31,014 bases of DNA from a virus (IMGVR_UViG_3300037408_000044:1-31014), one strand, 5' to 3'; counted from the stretch's first letter, positions 17,083 through 26,316 are shown. Translations and numbers: made by a program. Notes: generated by a model not told the origin, from the sequence alone.

Positions 17083-17280
17083 TCAGGTACTCCCTGTAGG
17101 TCTCCCGCACGACCATCGGGCGGGGTAGTAGCCGGGCTTCTGTTCACAGAGTTCGATGATTCTCAGTTGCCCGTACATCTGGCACTCGAACAATGAGGGC
17201 CGATGATCTTGAATGATCGGTTGTCGTACTTCCTCGCACTTGCCGTGGATGGTGCACAGCACCACGAATAGTTCCCACAT
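17083..17280 (-). CDS. small Cys protein, 65 aa, resembling a Rhizobiales hypothetical family
   Basis: ELFVVLC..C.E..C.M.GQ..P..RWSC pattern; GGGGG upstream; packs between primase stop and next gene. Confidence 0.7.
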   Translation of the reverse strand: MWELFVVLCTIHGKCEEVRQPIIQDHRPSLFECQMYGQLRIIELCEQKPGYYPARWSCGRPTGST

Positions 17281-17311
17281 GGAGACCCCCAGGAGTTGAC
17301 CGGAGGTATCA

Positions 17312-20161
17312 TTATGGGGCCGTTATGCCGCCCTGCACAACGGTTAGTTGGGGCGTCCCCGGCGACATAGTCGCAGGAAGCGCAGAATCGCGCACCACGA
17401 GGCATTTGTGGGAGCCTATGCCGGAGTACTGGACGGACCCTTCCCCCAGGTACAGCGTCTTCTGTGTGGGTCCTACGAGCCCTGCAGCCACGGCCTCCTT
17501 GAACAGGTCCCGTGCGGATACCTTCTTCGAGGCACACCAATCGTTGAACGCTGCGACGGTGATATGCAACACAGGCTTGTCGTTGACGCCGGGCGCGCCG
17601 GGTCTCCGCATGATGTAACGCCCGGTAACCTTGCCCTGCGCGTGCTTGGCCACGTAGGCATCCCACTTGTTGTGGACGTCGCCCGTGCCGTGCGTGACGA
17701 AGATACCCGGCCAGAGATCGCCAAGCATCCGACCGATCTGGACATCCGCCGTCGGCGTCGCGCCGACCATCGCACCGCGGTTCTGTGACAGGGCCTCCTG
17801 GATGAACGCCACGATGGGCTTCAGCGGGAACTGAATGATCCCTAAGTTGTATGCGATCTTGTGCGTCGTTAGGACGCACGCCAGCAAGGCACCCCAGTAC
17901 CGTTCCGTCTGCGTGATCTGGAACAGCGGCCCGCACGCAGCCTGTGCTTTGAACAGCGCCTCTTTGACCTTGTCGTAGTTGGCAGTCACGTACTGCATGA
18001 ACTCACGACCGGCGAAGCCGTAGTTGTCGGCGAGCTGGGAAAACAGCCGTGCTGCCTCGTCGCGTTTGATGGGCGGCGACAGATCATGGATCGAGAACTC
18101 GAACACGCGAGCGAACTCAGCCGCCGCCTGCGACCTGTCGAGCATGATCTTCTCAGTGATTAGGTTGTTACCGGATGCCATCGTGATGAGCGACCAGCGT
18201 TGATCGTCCTTGAGCAGGGCACCCGTGCGCTCGCACCGACGCTTCGCTGTGCCCGACGAGATCAAGTGCACGAGCTTCGTCGCTTCATCCGCTTCGATCG
18301 CGGTCATTTCGTCCAGCACGATCGGCATGGCGTTGGCCACCCCGTACGTCGCATACAACGCGTTGTGCGTGAACTGTGTGTATGTCAGCTGGGTATTCTT
18401 CCACGACCCATAGCACGACAGTGCAGCACGCGAGATCGTCGTCTTGCCGATGCCGGACTTCTGAGTGTGCATGTAAACCATCACACCACCGAACTCCCCG
18501 AACATATCGAGCAGCGGCGACGCCAGCCCCGAGAGCAGAGCGAACTGCAGTGGTTCAAGGCCGGGATGGTTGTAGGCTCGGTCGATCAGGTTCACCCACG
18601 TATCGCGGTCGCCCTTGGTCATGTAGCTCTCAGCCATCGTCTCTGCCGAGCCTGACAGGATAACGCGCTGCGCATTGCCGCCCGAGTACAGGGTGTCGCC
18701 GATCAGGAAGTCTTTCCCGTACCAGCCGAAGCGGCTGTATGTTGAGATGGCACTGGCGCGTATCCGGTGGATGTCCGCCCACGCCTGCAGGTATTCTTGG
18801 ACCATCGGTCCCCGTCCCTTCTCGATCAGTATCATGTGTTCGCCGAGTTTGCTGGCCAGCTTCGAGCCGCCTTCGGCGAGCAGACCAGTCGGCAGAGTAA
18901 ACGATGTCGTCTCAGTTGGTCTAGTATGCACCACGACCGTAAGCGCGTGCTTGCCGTCCACGTCCCGCGTCCAGCCGGTTACGTAGAACAGCACCGACGT
19001 GACCTTCACATCCGACTTCTCGCTGCCGTCCTTCGATGTCAGCTCGCCATACAGACCGTTGTTCGTCCACTTGAACTTCGGGGGCAGGGTCGGTATCGGG
19101 ATCGTCTCGTCTACGTTCTCCGGGTTTACGATCTCGGCAACCGGCTGCGGCTTATAAGCAATCGAAATGGGAGACTTGCATGACGTCCTGAACGGACACG
19201 CCGCACATGCATCAGGTCTGTGTGGTTCAAGTGTCGCACAAGTGGTCGCACCAGTACCCTCAAGCCCGGCGAGTTTGGCGTCTGTTTCTTCGCGGGAGTA
19301 TCCCTTGTAACCGGACGACCACTTGTGACACAGCTCGGGACCATCCTCACAGAGCCGGACGACGCCCATGCACGCACGCCACAGCGGCTCCTCAATGTTT
19401 CCACCGCTATCGCGGAACTCGCGGATGATTGCACAGCCTTCCACGATACTATCGATGCGCGGTGGGGGGCCATCGTAACGAACCTCTAGGTCGGAGTTGT
19501 CTACCTTGACGTGGCTCGGCGCTGCGCCGAGAGTATCGATCCCCTGCGCTTCAAGATACTGCTCGATCCTTTCGACGATGAACTCGTACGGTGCAGGGGT
19601 CCCGTCGCGTACAACTCTGACGTCAAGCGGATTGGCGGGGTCTTTATGGTTTCGTGTTCCTGGGGTGCGGAGGATACTCGCGGCGTCTGCCGTCCGTGTA
19701 GGGTCCGCATGGAACCCGGCGTGCTTCGCAGCCAGTTTGAGAAGGGCTGCAGCCCGGCTCCAATCATCCGCGCAAACTTCCGTTTCCAGAAGCCAATAGA
19801 TATGAAGCCCCCGCCCGGAATTAACGATAAGTGGTGGGGGTAATCCAACGGCCTTGGTGAACAATACAGCAGCAGTACCAGCGTCCTTCTGAGTGGCGAA
19901 GGGTTTGTCGGGTCCGACATCGAGATCAGCCCATAGAGCTTTGACGTGAGAGACATTGTCTGCCTTCCTCGAACTCCGGTCTTTGTATGTCGCGCACCCG
20001 TGGTATGCATCAAAGCCTTGGGTGTCTGCGCCAATCAAAGCGGCGGCGGCGTCCACGTTGTCCAAGTAGAACGTCTGCTTCGGGCGCTTGCCTTGAAACG
20101 AAATGACAACTCGGTAGCCCGTATCCGGTAGGATACGCGCGAGAAAATTTTGGGTGAGCAT
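17312..20161 (-). CDS. bifunctional primase-helicase (AEP/RepB-like primase, Cys cluster, DUF927-type helicase), 949 aa
   Basis: WADLDVG, VNSGRGLHIYW, ILRTPGTRN primase motifs; TTC..CAACP..KSPI Cys cluster; Walker A SGIGKTT; Walker B IVLDE. Confidence 0.9.
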   Translation of the reverse strand: MLTQNFLARILPDTGYRVVISFQGKRPKQTFYLDNVDAAAALIGADTQGFDAYHGCATYKDRSSRKADNVSHVKALWADLDVGPDKPFATQKDAGTAAVLFTKAVGLPPPLIVNSGRGLHIYWLLETEVCADDWSRAAALLKLAAKHAGFHADPTRTADAASILRTPGTRNHKDPANPLDVRVVRDGTPAPYEFIVERIEQYLEAQGIDTLGAAPSHVKVDNSDLEVRYDGPPPRIDSIVEGCAIIREFRDSGGNIEEPLWRACMGVVRLCEDGPELCHKWSSGYKGYSREETDAKLAGLEGTGATTCATLEPHRPDACAACPFRTSCKSPISIAYKPQPVAEIVNPENVDETIPIPTLPPKFKWTNNGLYGELTSKDGSEKSDVKVTSVLFYVTGWTRDVDGKHALTVVVHTRPTETTSFTLPTGLLAEGGSKLASKLGEHMILIEKGRGPMVQEYLQAWADIHRIRASAISTYSRFGWYGKDFLIGDTLYSGGNAQRVILSGSAETMAESYMTKGDRDTWVNLIDRAYNHPGLEPLQFALLSGLASPLLDMFGEFGGVMVYMHTQKSGIGKTTISRAALSCYGSWKNTQLTYTQFTHNALYATYGVANAMPIVLDEMTAIEADEATKLVHLISSGTAKRRCERTGALLKDDQRWSLITMASGNNLITEKIMLDRSQAAAEFARVFEFSIHDLSPPIKRDEAARLFSQLADNYGFAGREFMQYVTANYDKVKEALFKAQAACGPLFQITQTERYWGALLACVLTTHKIAYNLGIIQFPLKPIVAFIQEALSQNRGAMVGATPTADVQIGRMLGDLWPGIFVTHGTGDVHNKWDAYVAKHAQGKVTGRYIMRRPGAPGVNDKPVLHITVAAFNDWCASKKVSARDLFKEAVAAGLVGPTQKTLYLGEGSVQYSGIGSHKCLVVRDSALPATMSPGTPQLTVVQGGITAP

Positions 20162-20177
20162 TGCAGCCGCCTCAGAG

Positions 20178-20477
20178 TTATTCGCCTACGGACCCGAGCT
20201 GCAGCTTGTCCACGTGCCGATGAATGATCTTCGCAATCTCAGCGTGCCGGTTCTTGCGGGGCACATCATCGCTGAGAGGCAGATCACCCTTGTTGACCGC
20301 AGAGTGTACCGCGGTCAGTAGCCGCTCTACGCGACGCTCGATCAGCTTGTGGGGTGCAGAGTGTCCATTGACCCAAAGGCTAACGGCAACCCGGCTCACG
20401 TTCAAGAGCTTTGCGACGTTGGACGGCGTCATTTTCGCAGTGCGTAGAATCTCAAACATAATCTTTTTCCTTGACAC
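20178..20477 (-). CDS. XRE/Cro-type helix-turn-helix regulator
   Basis: MTPSNVAKLLNVSRVAVSLWVNG; start may instead be ATG 20459. Confidence 0.8.
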   Translation of the reverse strand: MSRKKIMFEILRTAKMTPSNVAKLLNVSRVAVSLWVNGHSAPHKLIERRVERLLTAVHSAVNKGDLPLSDDVPRKNRHAEIAKIIHRHVDKLQLGSVGE

Positions 20478-20485
20478 GAGATGTA

Positions 20486-20507
20486 GGAGGCCCCGGTTGG
20501 GGCCTCC
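20486..20507. other. GC-rich intergenic hairpin without U-tract
   Basis: GGAGGCCCC-GGTT-GGGGCCTCC, perfect 9-bp stem between the SSB-like and XRE genes. Confidence 0.6.
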
Positions 20508-20535
20508 ACTAGACTTGTCGTCTACTCATAAACAC

Positions 20536-21534
20536 TCACAGATCGTCAAGACCTGCAAGGGCCGCGTCAAGATCGTCACTTACCTCGACCAACTTCTCAG
20601 CGGCCTTGGACTTGGGCGGCTCAGCCTTCGGAGCGGCGGCCTTGGTGGCCAGCGTTTTCTTGGGCTTGGGCGCTTCAGCCTCGGCCTCGGGTGCCGGTGC
20701 GGGAGCAGCAGGCTTCTTGCCGAACGTAGCGGCCTTCGGCTTCTCCGGTGCGGGAGCAGGCTCGACGTGGGCAGGCTTGGGTGCAAGGTGAGCAATGGCA
20801 TCCACGGCACGAGCGGGAGCCGCTTCGGCACCGACTATCTGACGAACCGTTTCGGTTTCCATCACGGACTGCACTTCGGCATACTCGTCAGCGTCCAACC
20901 AGCGAACCGCCTTGAATGTCAGCTTCGGATGCGCAACGGTGGGATCGAAACCGATCTTCGTCACGACCGCCTGATACGGTGCGTTCCGCTGGGTCAGCAT
21001 CTGCGCGTAACCGGCAAGGTCTTTCAGTGTAGCAGCCGGAATACGGAGGAGCATAGGACGAGCAATATCCCCGGCAGCAGCAACAGCAACACGACGGCTG
21101 TCAGAGCAAGCCTTACCCTTGCTTCCGTTCTCGCTAATTCGAGAACCCCAGGCATTGTGCGGACACATTGCGCATGTCGCGCACTGTGGTCTCTCCGCAT
21201 CCGCTGCAGGTGCGATGCCATTGTGCGAGTAGCACGTCGGCTTTGCGTCGCTTCCTTCTGTGTAGCCCGACTCATAGTAGACCTTCGAGAGATGAGGATT
21301 GGCTTTGAGGATCACGACTTCGAGAGACGACGCAACCTCGTCCTCATCGTCGGGTTTCATGATGATGCTGCTGCTGCCGCCCTCACGGAGCGACCACGTT
21401 TTGCCTTTGAAACTCAGCACTGGATAGCCTGACGAGACGCCACCGGCAAGCTCGTCATTGTGCACTGCAGCAGCGCCCTGAAGGTGAGCCGGGAGCTTAC
21501 CGTCGTCCTTGAAAGGAATGAGTGCGTTCGTCAT
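20536..21534 (-). CDS. putative single-stranded DNA-binding protein with Cys cluster, 332 aa
   Basis: Start 21534 from ATGA overlap with the HNH stop; [23 protein letters not shown]; Ala/Pro/Lys linker; acidic tail [13 protein letters not shown]; replication-module context. Confidence 0.7.
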   Translation of the reverse strand: MTNALIPFKDDGKLPAHLQGAAAVHNDELAGGVSSGYPVLSFKGKTWSLREGGSSSIIMKPDDEDEVASSLEVVILKANPHLSKVYYESGYTEGSDAKPTCYSHNGIAPAADAERPQCATCAMCPHNAWGSRISENGSKGKACSDSRRVAVAAAGDIARPMLLRIPAATLKDLAGYAQMLTQRNAPYQAVVTKIGFDPTVAHPKLTFKAVRWLDADEYAEVQSVMETETVRQIVGAEAAPARAVDAIAHLAPKPAHVEPAPAPEKPKAATFGKKPAAPAPAPEAEAEAPKPKKTLATKAAAPKAEPPKSKAAEKLVEVSDDLDAALAGLDDL

Positions 21535-21986
21535 AGTGTTTTGGTCCTTCGATTGTTTGCCTGTTCGCGACGTGTCGCCCATTGGCAGTTCTCTACACAG
21601 TAATTACCGTTAGTGTCTTTACGGTCAAGGGTCATCCCAGGTTCGGGGTGGCCCATGTCCGAAAGAAAGTTCTCGAACTTCATCCACCGTTCGCAGACGG
21701 TGATGCCTCTACCTCCGTAGTTGTGATAGTCCTTGTTCGATGGGCGCAAGCAGCGATCTCTCATGTTCCGCCAGCAGAAGTATGCTGGCGTATCAATCAT
21801 GCCGTGCTTGTATTCGCGCCCACCGTTGATCTCCTTAACCAAGCACCCACAGCTGCGTACCTGCTTCGCCTTCCACGGGTGATACCATACTTCTTTGCGC
21901 ACTCCGCAGCGGCACTCGACATAGGCTTTCTTACCGCGACGCTCGATCAACGTCAGGTACGACTCACGTGCGACGGATGTTGACAA
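21531..21986 (-). CDS. free-standing HNH homing endonuclease (YGGRGI type), about 151 aa
   Basis: [43 protein letters not shown]; probable TTG start at 21986 with GGAGG 6 nt upstream. Confidence 0.88.
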   Translation of the reverse strand: MSTSVARESYLTLIERRGKKAYVECRCGVRKEVWYHPWKAKQVRSCGCLVKEINGGREYKHGMIDTPAYFCWRNMRDRCLRPSNKDYHNYGGRGITVCERWMKFENFLSDMGHPEPGMTLDRKDTNGNYCVENCQWATRREQANNRRTKTL

Positions 21987-22344
21987 CGACTTCCTCCCGC
22001 ATATTGAGCCCCGGCGGAATGTCGCCGGTCTCCGCCTTGTACGCATCTACCGCCGCCTTCGCGACCCGCCGTTCCAGCATGTGCCAGAGATCATTTGTCT
22101 TGATGAACTCAAGCACAAGGTCCCAATCCGCAGGCGAGTACGACGTCTTCCTCGCCTTATATGCGGTGCCGTGAGGGGTCTTCACACTGTCCGTGCCGAG
22201 TTGCTCGAACTGTGCGAGAAGGACGGCTTCGATCTTGTCCAGTACGGCGTCGATCTTGGCGGCCTTCTCTTTGTAGGCGGCGGTCAGCTCGGCTTTTTTC
22301 TCCCGAGCGCCGATGTACTTCTCGATCAGCTCATCGAGCTTCAT
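21964..22344 (-). CDS. conserved phage coiled-coil protein (Gam/Gp157-like, recombination-associated), 126 aa
   Basis: GAGGAG before ATG 22344; N-terminal coiled coil, [27 protein letters not shown]. Confidence 0.7.
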   Translation of the reverse strand: MKLDELIEKYIGAREKKAELTAAYKEKAAKIDAVLDKIEAVLLAQFEQLGTDSVKTPHGTAYKARKTSYSPADWDLVLEFIKTNDLWHMLERRVAKAAVDAYKAETGDIPPGLNMREEVVVNIRRT

Positions 22345-22375
22345 CGTTTGAACTCCTCTGTTTCGATGATGTCTA

Positions 22376-22404
22376 AGTATAACACCGTCAATCAATTAAC
22401 GCAA
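22376..22404 (-). promoter_or_regulatory. sigma70-type promoter with extended -10
   Basis: Minus strand TTGCGT (22404-22399), 17 nt spacer, TATACT (22381-22376) preceded by TGn; AT-rich gap upstream of the RBS of 22344. Confidence 0.75.
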
Positions 22405-22406
22405 CT

Positions 22407-22628
22407 CTAGTCGCAGATGTCGTTACCCTTGAGGATATGCCACGCCAGCCGGATGCGTTCCCGCAGCGGTAGCTTCTTCTTTTTTACGGGTGCCTTCGGC
22501 ACGCTGGTGGCAACGGGCTTCTTGGCCGGGCGCTTCTTCTTGGCGGGGGCCTTCTTGAGCGCCTTGATCTTCCCGGTGCTGACCGGGTCCTGCGTCGTCA
22601 CAGTCTTCTTCGAGGGAGCTTTGGACAT
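22407..22628 (-). CDS. histone H1-like Lys/Ala/Pro-rich protein, 73 aa
   Basis: AGGA 6 nt before ATG 22628; KKAPAKKKRPAKKPVA..KAPVKKKK followed by amphipathic LRERIRLAWHILKG. Confidence 0.65.
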   Translation of the reverse strand: MSKAPSKKTVTTQDPVSTGKIKALKKAPAKKKRPAKKPVATSVPKAPVKKKKLPLRERIRLAWHILKGNDICD

Positions 22629-22659
22629 TGTCGATCCTATGGGTTGGTGTGTCAGTGAC

Positions 22660-24210
22660 TTAGGCATCTTCCTGCTCTCGGATAACATCGAGAAGCAGGC
22701 CCTCCATCGTCGCCTTCCGTTCGAGCATCGCATATATCTTGCGCTCAACTGGACTGCCTTCGATGTTCACGATCAGCTGCGAGTGCTTCTGACCGGGACG
22801 GGTCACACGGGCGTTCGCCTGTGCGTAGATTTCTTGGCTGTAGATCGGAGCGTACCACACGATCGTGTTGGCCGCAGTAAGTGTCAGCCCGTGAGACATT
22901 GCAGCTGGCTGCGCCACCAGCACGCGCGGCTCTTTGCCAGTCTGGAACGCATGGAAGATGCGGTCGCGCTCGCTCTTGCTGACGTCACCGCTGATGCACT
23001 CGACCGAGTAGTGCTTGCCGATCTCGCGGGCCACGTACTCCATCGTGCCCTTGAACGGGCAAAAGATGATGACCTTGCTGCTCGCTTGCTCGATCACGTC
23101 GAGGCATTCCTGCACGCGGCCCGGCGACCCGACTTCAAGATGTGCACCGCCAGTACCGTACACCACACCCGATGCGATCTGCACGAGACGCATTGCCTTT
23201 ACCGCCTCGTTGACAGCGGTGACCTCGCCCGACTGCAGCTCGACGTAGAGCTGAGTCAGCATCTCTCGGTACGCCTTCTTCTGCGGCACGGTCATCTCGA
23301 CCTGTCGCATCTGTGTCAGGCATGGAGGCAGATCGATGCAGTCCGCACGAGCGAAGCGGATGCTAGGCTGCATGGCTTCGGCGACAATCTCCGTTGCGTT
23401 GTCCCGAGGTATCCACTTGAACTGCGACAGCTGCTTCATGGTCATGTCGCGGAACTGGTTGAAGTACTTCGGCACCCGCTCGGGGCAGATCAGTCTACAC
23501 TGCGCCCACGCATCTGTCGGCACGTTGGGTGTCGGCGATCCAGTCAACCCCCATACACGCTTGCGCCCCTGCAGTACGCGATGCAGTGACTTCCACCGAT
23601 CCGTGCCTGCATTGCGGAACGACGCAATCTCGTCGATCACAACCACGTCGATGTCGTCGCGTGCCTGGAGTTCCTTCTCGATCACCTTGATGCCGTCATG
23701 GTTCACGACATACACATCGGCCTCCATGCGCAGCATCTTCAGTCGCTTCTCACGCGAGCCGTACAAGGTGGCCCATGTCAGGTGTGGAAAATGCCGGAAG
23801 ATTTCGTCACACCAGACGCGTTCGAGCGTAGACAGTGGCGACACAATGAGAAGTTTACGAGCGAGTCCGACGGACCGTAGATAGTCGAATGCCCACAGTG
23901 TCGACAGCGTCTTACCAGTCCCCATCTCATTGAGGACGAACGCTCGGTTGTGCACGGTGAGGAAGGCAGTAGTCTCAAGTTGGGCTTTGAACGGGGTGTA
24001 TCGTCCTGACCAGTCATAGTACATCTCCACCGGGGATGGCACACGGTATCCGAGGTTCCGCAGGACTTGCGTTTCCTCCATCTTATGCGGCACAGCCACC
24101 AGCTCGTGGCCCTTGTAGATGAACGTCTTCGCCGAGGGGATCGTCATGAGTATCCGAGCTGGATCACTCAGGTTCATTACGATCTTTCGGTACTTGGGTG
24201 AGATCATCAT
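22660..24210 (-). CDS. SNF2-family (SF2) helicase, 516 aa
   Basis: EMGTGKT, VVIDEIA, LTGSPTPN, HGLTL, QANARVTRPGQ; start 24210 from ATGA overlap. Confidence 0.92.
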   Translation of the reverse strand: MMISPKYRKIVMNLSDPARILMTIPSAKTFIYKGHELVAVPHKMEETQVLRNLGYRVPSPVEMYYDWSGRYTPFKAQLETTAFLTVHNRAFVLNEMGTGKTLSTLWAFDYLRSVGLARKLLIVSPLSTLERVWCDEIFRHFPHLTWATLYGSREKRLKMLRMEADVYVVNHDGIKVIEKELQARDDIDVVVIDEIASFRNAGTDRWKSLHRVLQGRKRVWGLTGSPTPNVPTDAWAQCRLICPERVPKYFNQFRDMTMKQLSQFKWIPRDNATEIVAEAMQPSIRFARADCIDLPPCLTQMRQVEMTVPQKKAYREMLTQLYVELQSGEVTAVNEAVKAMRLVQIASGVVYGTGGAHLEVGSPGRVQECLDVIEQASSKVIIFCPFKGTMEYVAREIGKHYSVECISGDVSKSERDRIFHAFQTGKEPRVLVAQPAAMSHGLTLTAANTIVWYAPIYSQEIYAQANARVTRPGQKHSQLIVNIEGSPVERKIYAMLERKATMEGLLLDVIREQEDA

Positions 24211-24449
24211 GGTGCAGTTACTTTCAGCAAAGTCTTGAGCGGCAGAAACGCCTGCCGCAATTCTTGCGAGCGCATATCGATGTCGGAGATAATGAACTCG
24301 TGCCACTGTGTCGTGCCACGGTGCTTGAAGAGAATCTCCCACGAGTTCGTGTGCGGCAAGAACGTGGTGCGTACTTCGACGTCAGCCTCCCACTCGCACA
24401 GCCATCGGATGCGCTCGCTGATCGGGATGTTCATGGTTGTGTTGCTCAT
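24207..24449 (-). CDS. hypothetical protein, 80 aa
   Basis: ATGA overlaps at both ends; GAGGA upstream; start 24449 rather than 24785. Confidence 0.7.
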   Translation of the reverse strand: MSNTTMNIPISERIRWLCEWEADVEVRTTFLPHTNSWEILFKHRGTTQWHEFIISDIDMRSQELRQAFLPLKTLLKVTAP

Positions 24450-24889
24450 GACAGCTTGTTCCTCAACCATTCTTTCCACGACGGTGAGCGGTACGTGGGC
24501 CGCAGCGTGAGGTTTCCTGGGATCAAGTAACCCTGCTGCGGTGCCTTGTTGAGGACTACCTGTCCCGCCGCAAATGTGTGCGAATGCGCGCCGATATTTA
24601 CTACTCCTGACGACGTGTAAGAACTGACCGAGTTGGCCGGGCCATACAGCATCTTCAACGTCACGTCCAGCGTATCGATGAACTGCCCGAGCGTGAGCGA
24701 CTCGTCGATGGGGTACGTCTTGTATTCGGTCGGCGAACCGTAGCTGCAGTACATGAACGCCTTCACGCCATCGACGGTCGGCCATGTGTGCGTCTGGTTC
24801 ATGAGCGGCATTTCGATGTAGTACAGGTTGTAGTCTGACAAACGCTGACGGATCATAGCGACAGCGGTTGCAATATCTGCTTCGGTCAT
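24446..24889 (-). CDS. hypothetical protein, 147 aa
   Basis: ATGA overlaps at both ends. Confidence 0.7.
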   Translation of the reverse strand: MTEADIATAVAMIRQRLSDYNLYYIEMPLMNQTHTWPTVDGVKAFMYCSYGSPTEYKTYPIDESLTLGQFIDTLDVTLKMLYGPANSVSSYTSSGVVNIGAHSHTFAAGQVVLNKAPQQGYLIPGNLTLRPTYRSPSWKEWLRNKLS

Positions 24890-25662
24890 GGCATCACCAC
24901 CTTGGTTTTGAATAGCGGAACATCGTCACCTTCTTCCCAGTTCACGAACACGGGCGGCACGAATATCCACCGCTCCTGTGACCAGTTCGGACCGTACTTC
25001 TGTTTGCGAGCATGCCCCTTGCGCAGGTGCGGACGGCGCGGCGTGACACCCTCGGTATGTTTGTAGGCCGTACCGTTCTTCTGATAGACCCGGCCAACGC
25101 GCAGCACGACATGCTCCTGGATCGGTGCACGCTTCTTCGCAACGCGGGCCTTGTTCAGCTTGCGCACACTCTCGGCGGTGACGAACTCCTTCGCCAGCCC
25201 ACGCGTATGAGATAGCACGAGAGTCACCAGATACGTCGCGCATATCCGATCACCAATATCTTTCGATGGTGAGTTGCGCCGCTCCAGAGTTCCGTCGGGG
25301 TGCATGTTGATAATCATCGTCTGCGGGATCAGCTCTACGTGCTGCCCGTCATAGGTAAGCAGCAGCGAGTACACACCGTCATCTTCCTGGCGGAACAGCG
25401 TGAACAGGCTAAGGTGCCCGCACTTAGTCTCGACCAGCATCTCTCGATGCGGCATGTTCGCAACGCCTGCCTGACACATCGCCGTGCACGTATCGGACAC
25501 AGCCTGCGAGTCGAGCGACTTCATCAGCTCCGGTGTCAGCACGTAGTGCGGCAGGGACGGTGCGTCGAACAACGCTCCCACCATGAAGAACAACTCCGGG
25601 TCACCGGCAGGTTCGCTGTTTAGGAAGAGGTCTGAGACCTCGTGTCGTTTCGTGTAGATCAT
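24886..25662 (-). CDS. hypothetical protein with C-terminal HxRxGHxR basic motif, 258 aa
   Basis: GAGG RBS; RRPHLRKGHARKQKYG..WIFVPPVFVN. Confidence 0.75.
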   Translation of the reverse strand: MIYTKRHEVSDLFLNSEPAGDPELFFMVGALFDAPSLPHYVLTPELMKSLDSQAVSDTCTAMCQAGVANMPHREMLVETKCGHLSLFTLFRQEDDGVYSLLLTYDGQHVELIPQTMIINMHPDGTLERRNSPSKDIGDRICATYLVTLVLSHTRGLAKEFVTAESVRKLNKARVAKKRAPIQEHVVLRVGRVYQKNGTAYKHTEGVTPRRPHLRKGHARKQKYGPNWSQERWIFVPPVFVNWEEGDDVPLFKTKVVMP

Positions 25663-25679
25663 CTGCGCCTCTCGGTATG

Positions 25680-25717
25680 CAGTTGCGACCCCAGGGTGGA
25701 AATCCTGGGGTCGACTG
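25680..25717. other. strong intergenic hairpin without U-tract
   Basis: CGACCCCAGG (25686-25695) / CCTGGGGTCG (25704-25713) perfect 10-bp stem, extended by CAGT/ACTG. Confidence 0.6.
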
Positions 25718-25718
25718 T

Positions 25719-26018
25719 TCAGATTAGATCGTAAGACTCGAACGCTTGAATTACAGTATCCACCGAACTTGCAATTATTGCAATGCCACCGTTGTCCTTG
25801 ATACGACGCTGATGAAGTTGCTGGTTTGCGGTGAGATTATCCTCTTTGCCCGGTGCCTTGACTTCGATCCCGACGAAAGTTCCGTTGGCGCATACGATGA
25901 TGTCGGGGACACCGTGCACGCTGAAAGGCCCGGCAGCTGCCGAGAAGAAGTAGAAGCCCTCTTTAGTGAGCCACTTCTTGATCGCTGCCTTGACCCGGTT
26001 CTCCGGGGTCGTTGCCAT
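25719..26018 (-). CDS. VRR-NUC domain nuclease (Holliday junction resolvase-like), 99 aa
   Basis: TPENRVK, GVPDII, GIEVKAPG, TANQ, GGIA; AGGAG before ATG 26018. Confidence 0.9.
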   Translation of the reverse strand: MATTPENRVKAAIKKWLTKEGFYFFSAAAGPFSVHGVPDIIVCANGTFVGIEVKAPGKEDNLTANQQLHQRRIKDNGGIAIIASSVDTVIQAFESYDLI

Positions 26019-26316
26019 TGGTTGCTCCTGCCTTTGCCTGAAATGCAATCTCCAAGTTCGCGAACGCATCTGCGATGCACGCCTGCAGATACTTCGTCGC
26101 CGAGTCTTTCTGCTCAACTGGAGTCACATCGACGGCAACACAGAACGCAGATGCTACACATGCGGCGATGGCCACAGCAGGCTGCGTTCCGATGCACTTA
26201 TTCAGTAACTGCGTAACCAGCAGCTGGTACTCAGTTTGCATCAGCTGTGCTTCGGTAGGGTCGGTCACTGGTGTGCCGAGCGGACGCTCGTCGTCGAGAG
26301 TGAGTATGTCGCTCAT
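25963..26316 (-). CDS. hypothetical protein, 117 aa
   Basis: ATGA overlap with the upstream gene; 3' end overlaps VRR-NUC by 56 nt. Confidence 0.65.
   Translation of the reverse strand: MSDILTLDDERPLGTPVTDPTEAQLMQTEYQLLVTQLLNKCIGTQPAVAIAACVASAFCVAVDVTPVEQKDSATKYLQACIADAFANLEIAFQAKAGATNGNDPGEPGQGSDQEVAH

Noticed and set aside
20471-20476. TTGACA on the + strand as an antisense promoter
   Set aside because: No plausible -10 hexamer at 16-18 bp.
20520-20527. GTCTACTC shared with 30743-30750, both upstream of HTH genes
   Set aside because: A single 8-bp match is within chance for 31 kb, and one copy is constrained by the RBS.
20224-21432. 402-aa + strand ORF
   Set aside because: Antisense shadow of the SSB-like and XRE genes; Arg/Gly/Leu-rich with no motifs, as expected opposite GC-biased genes.
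22417-23589. 390-aa + strand ORF
   Set aside because: Antisense to the SNF2 helicase, which has clear motifs; no RBS or recognisable domain.
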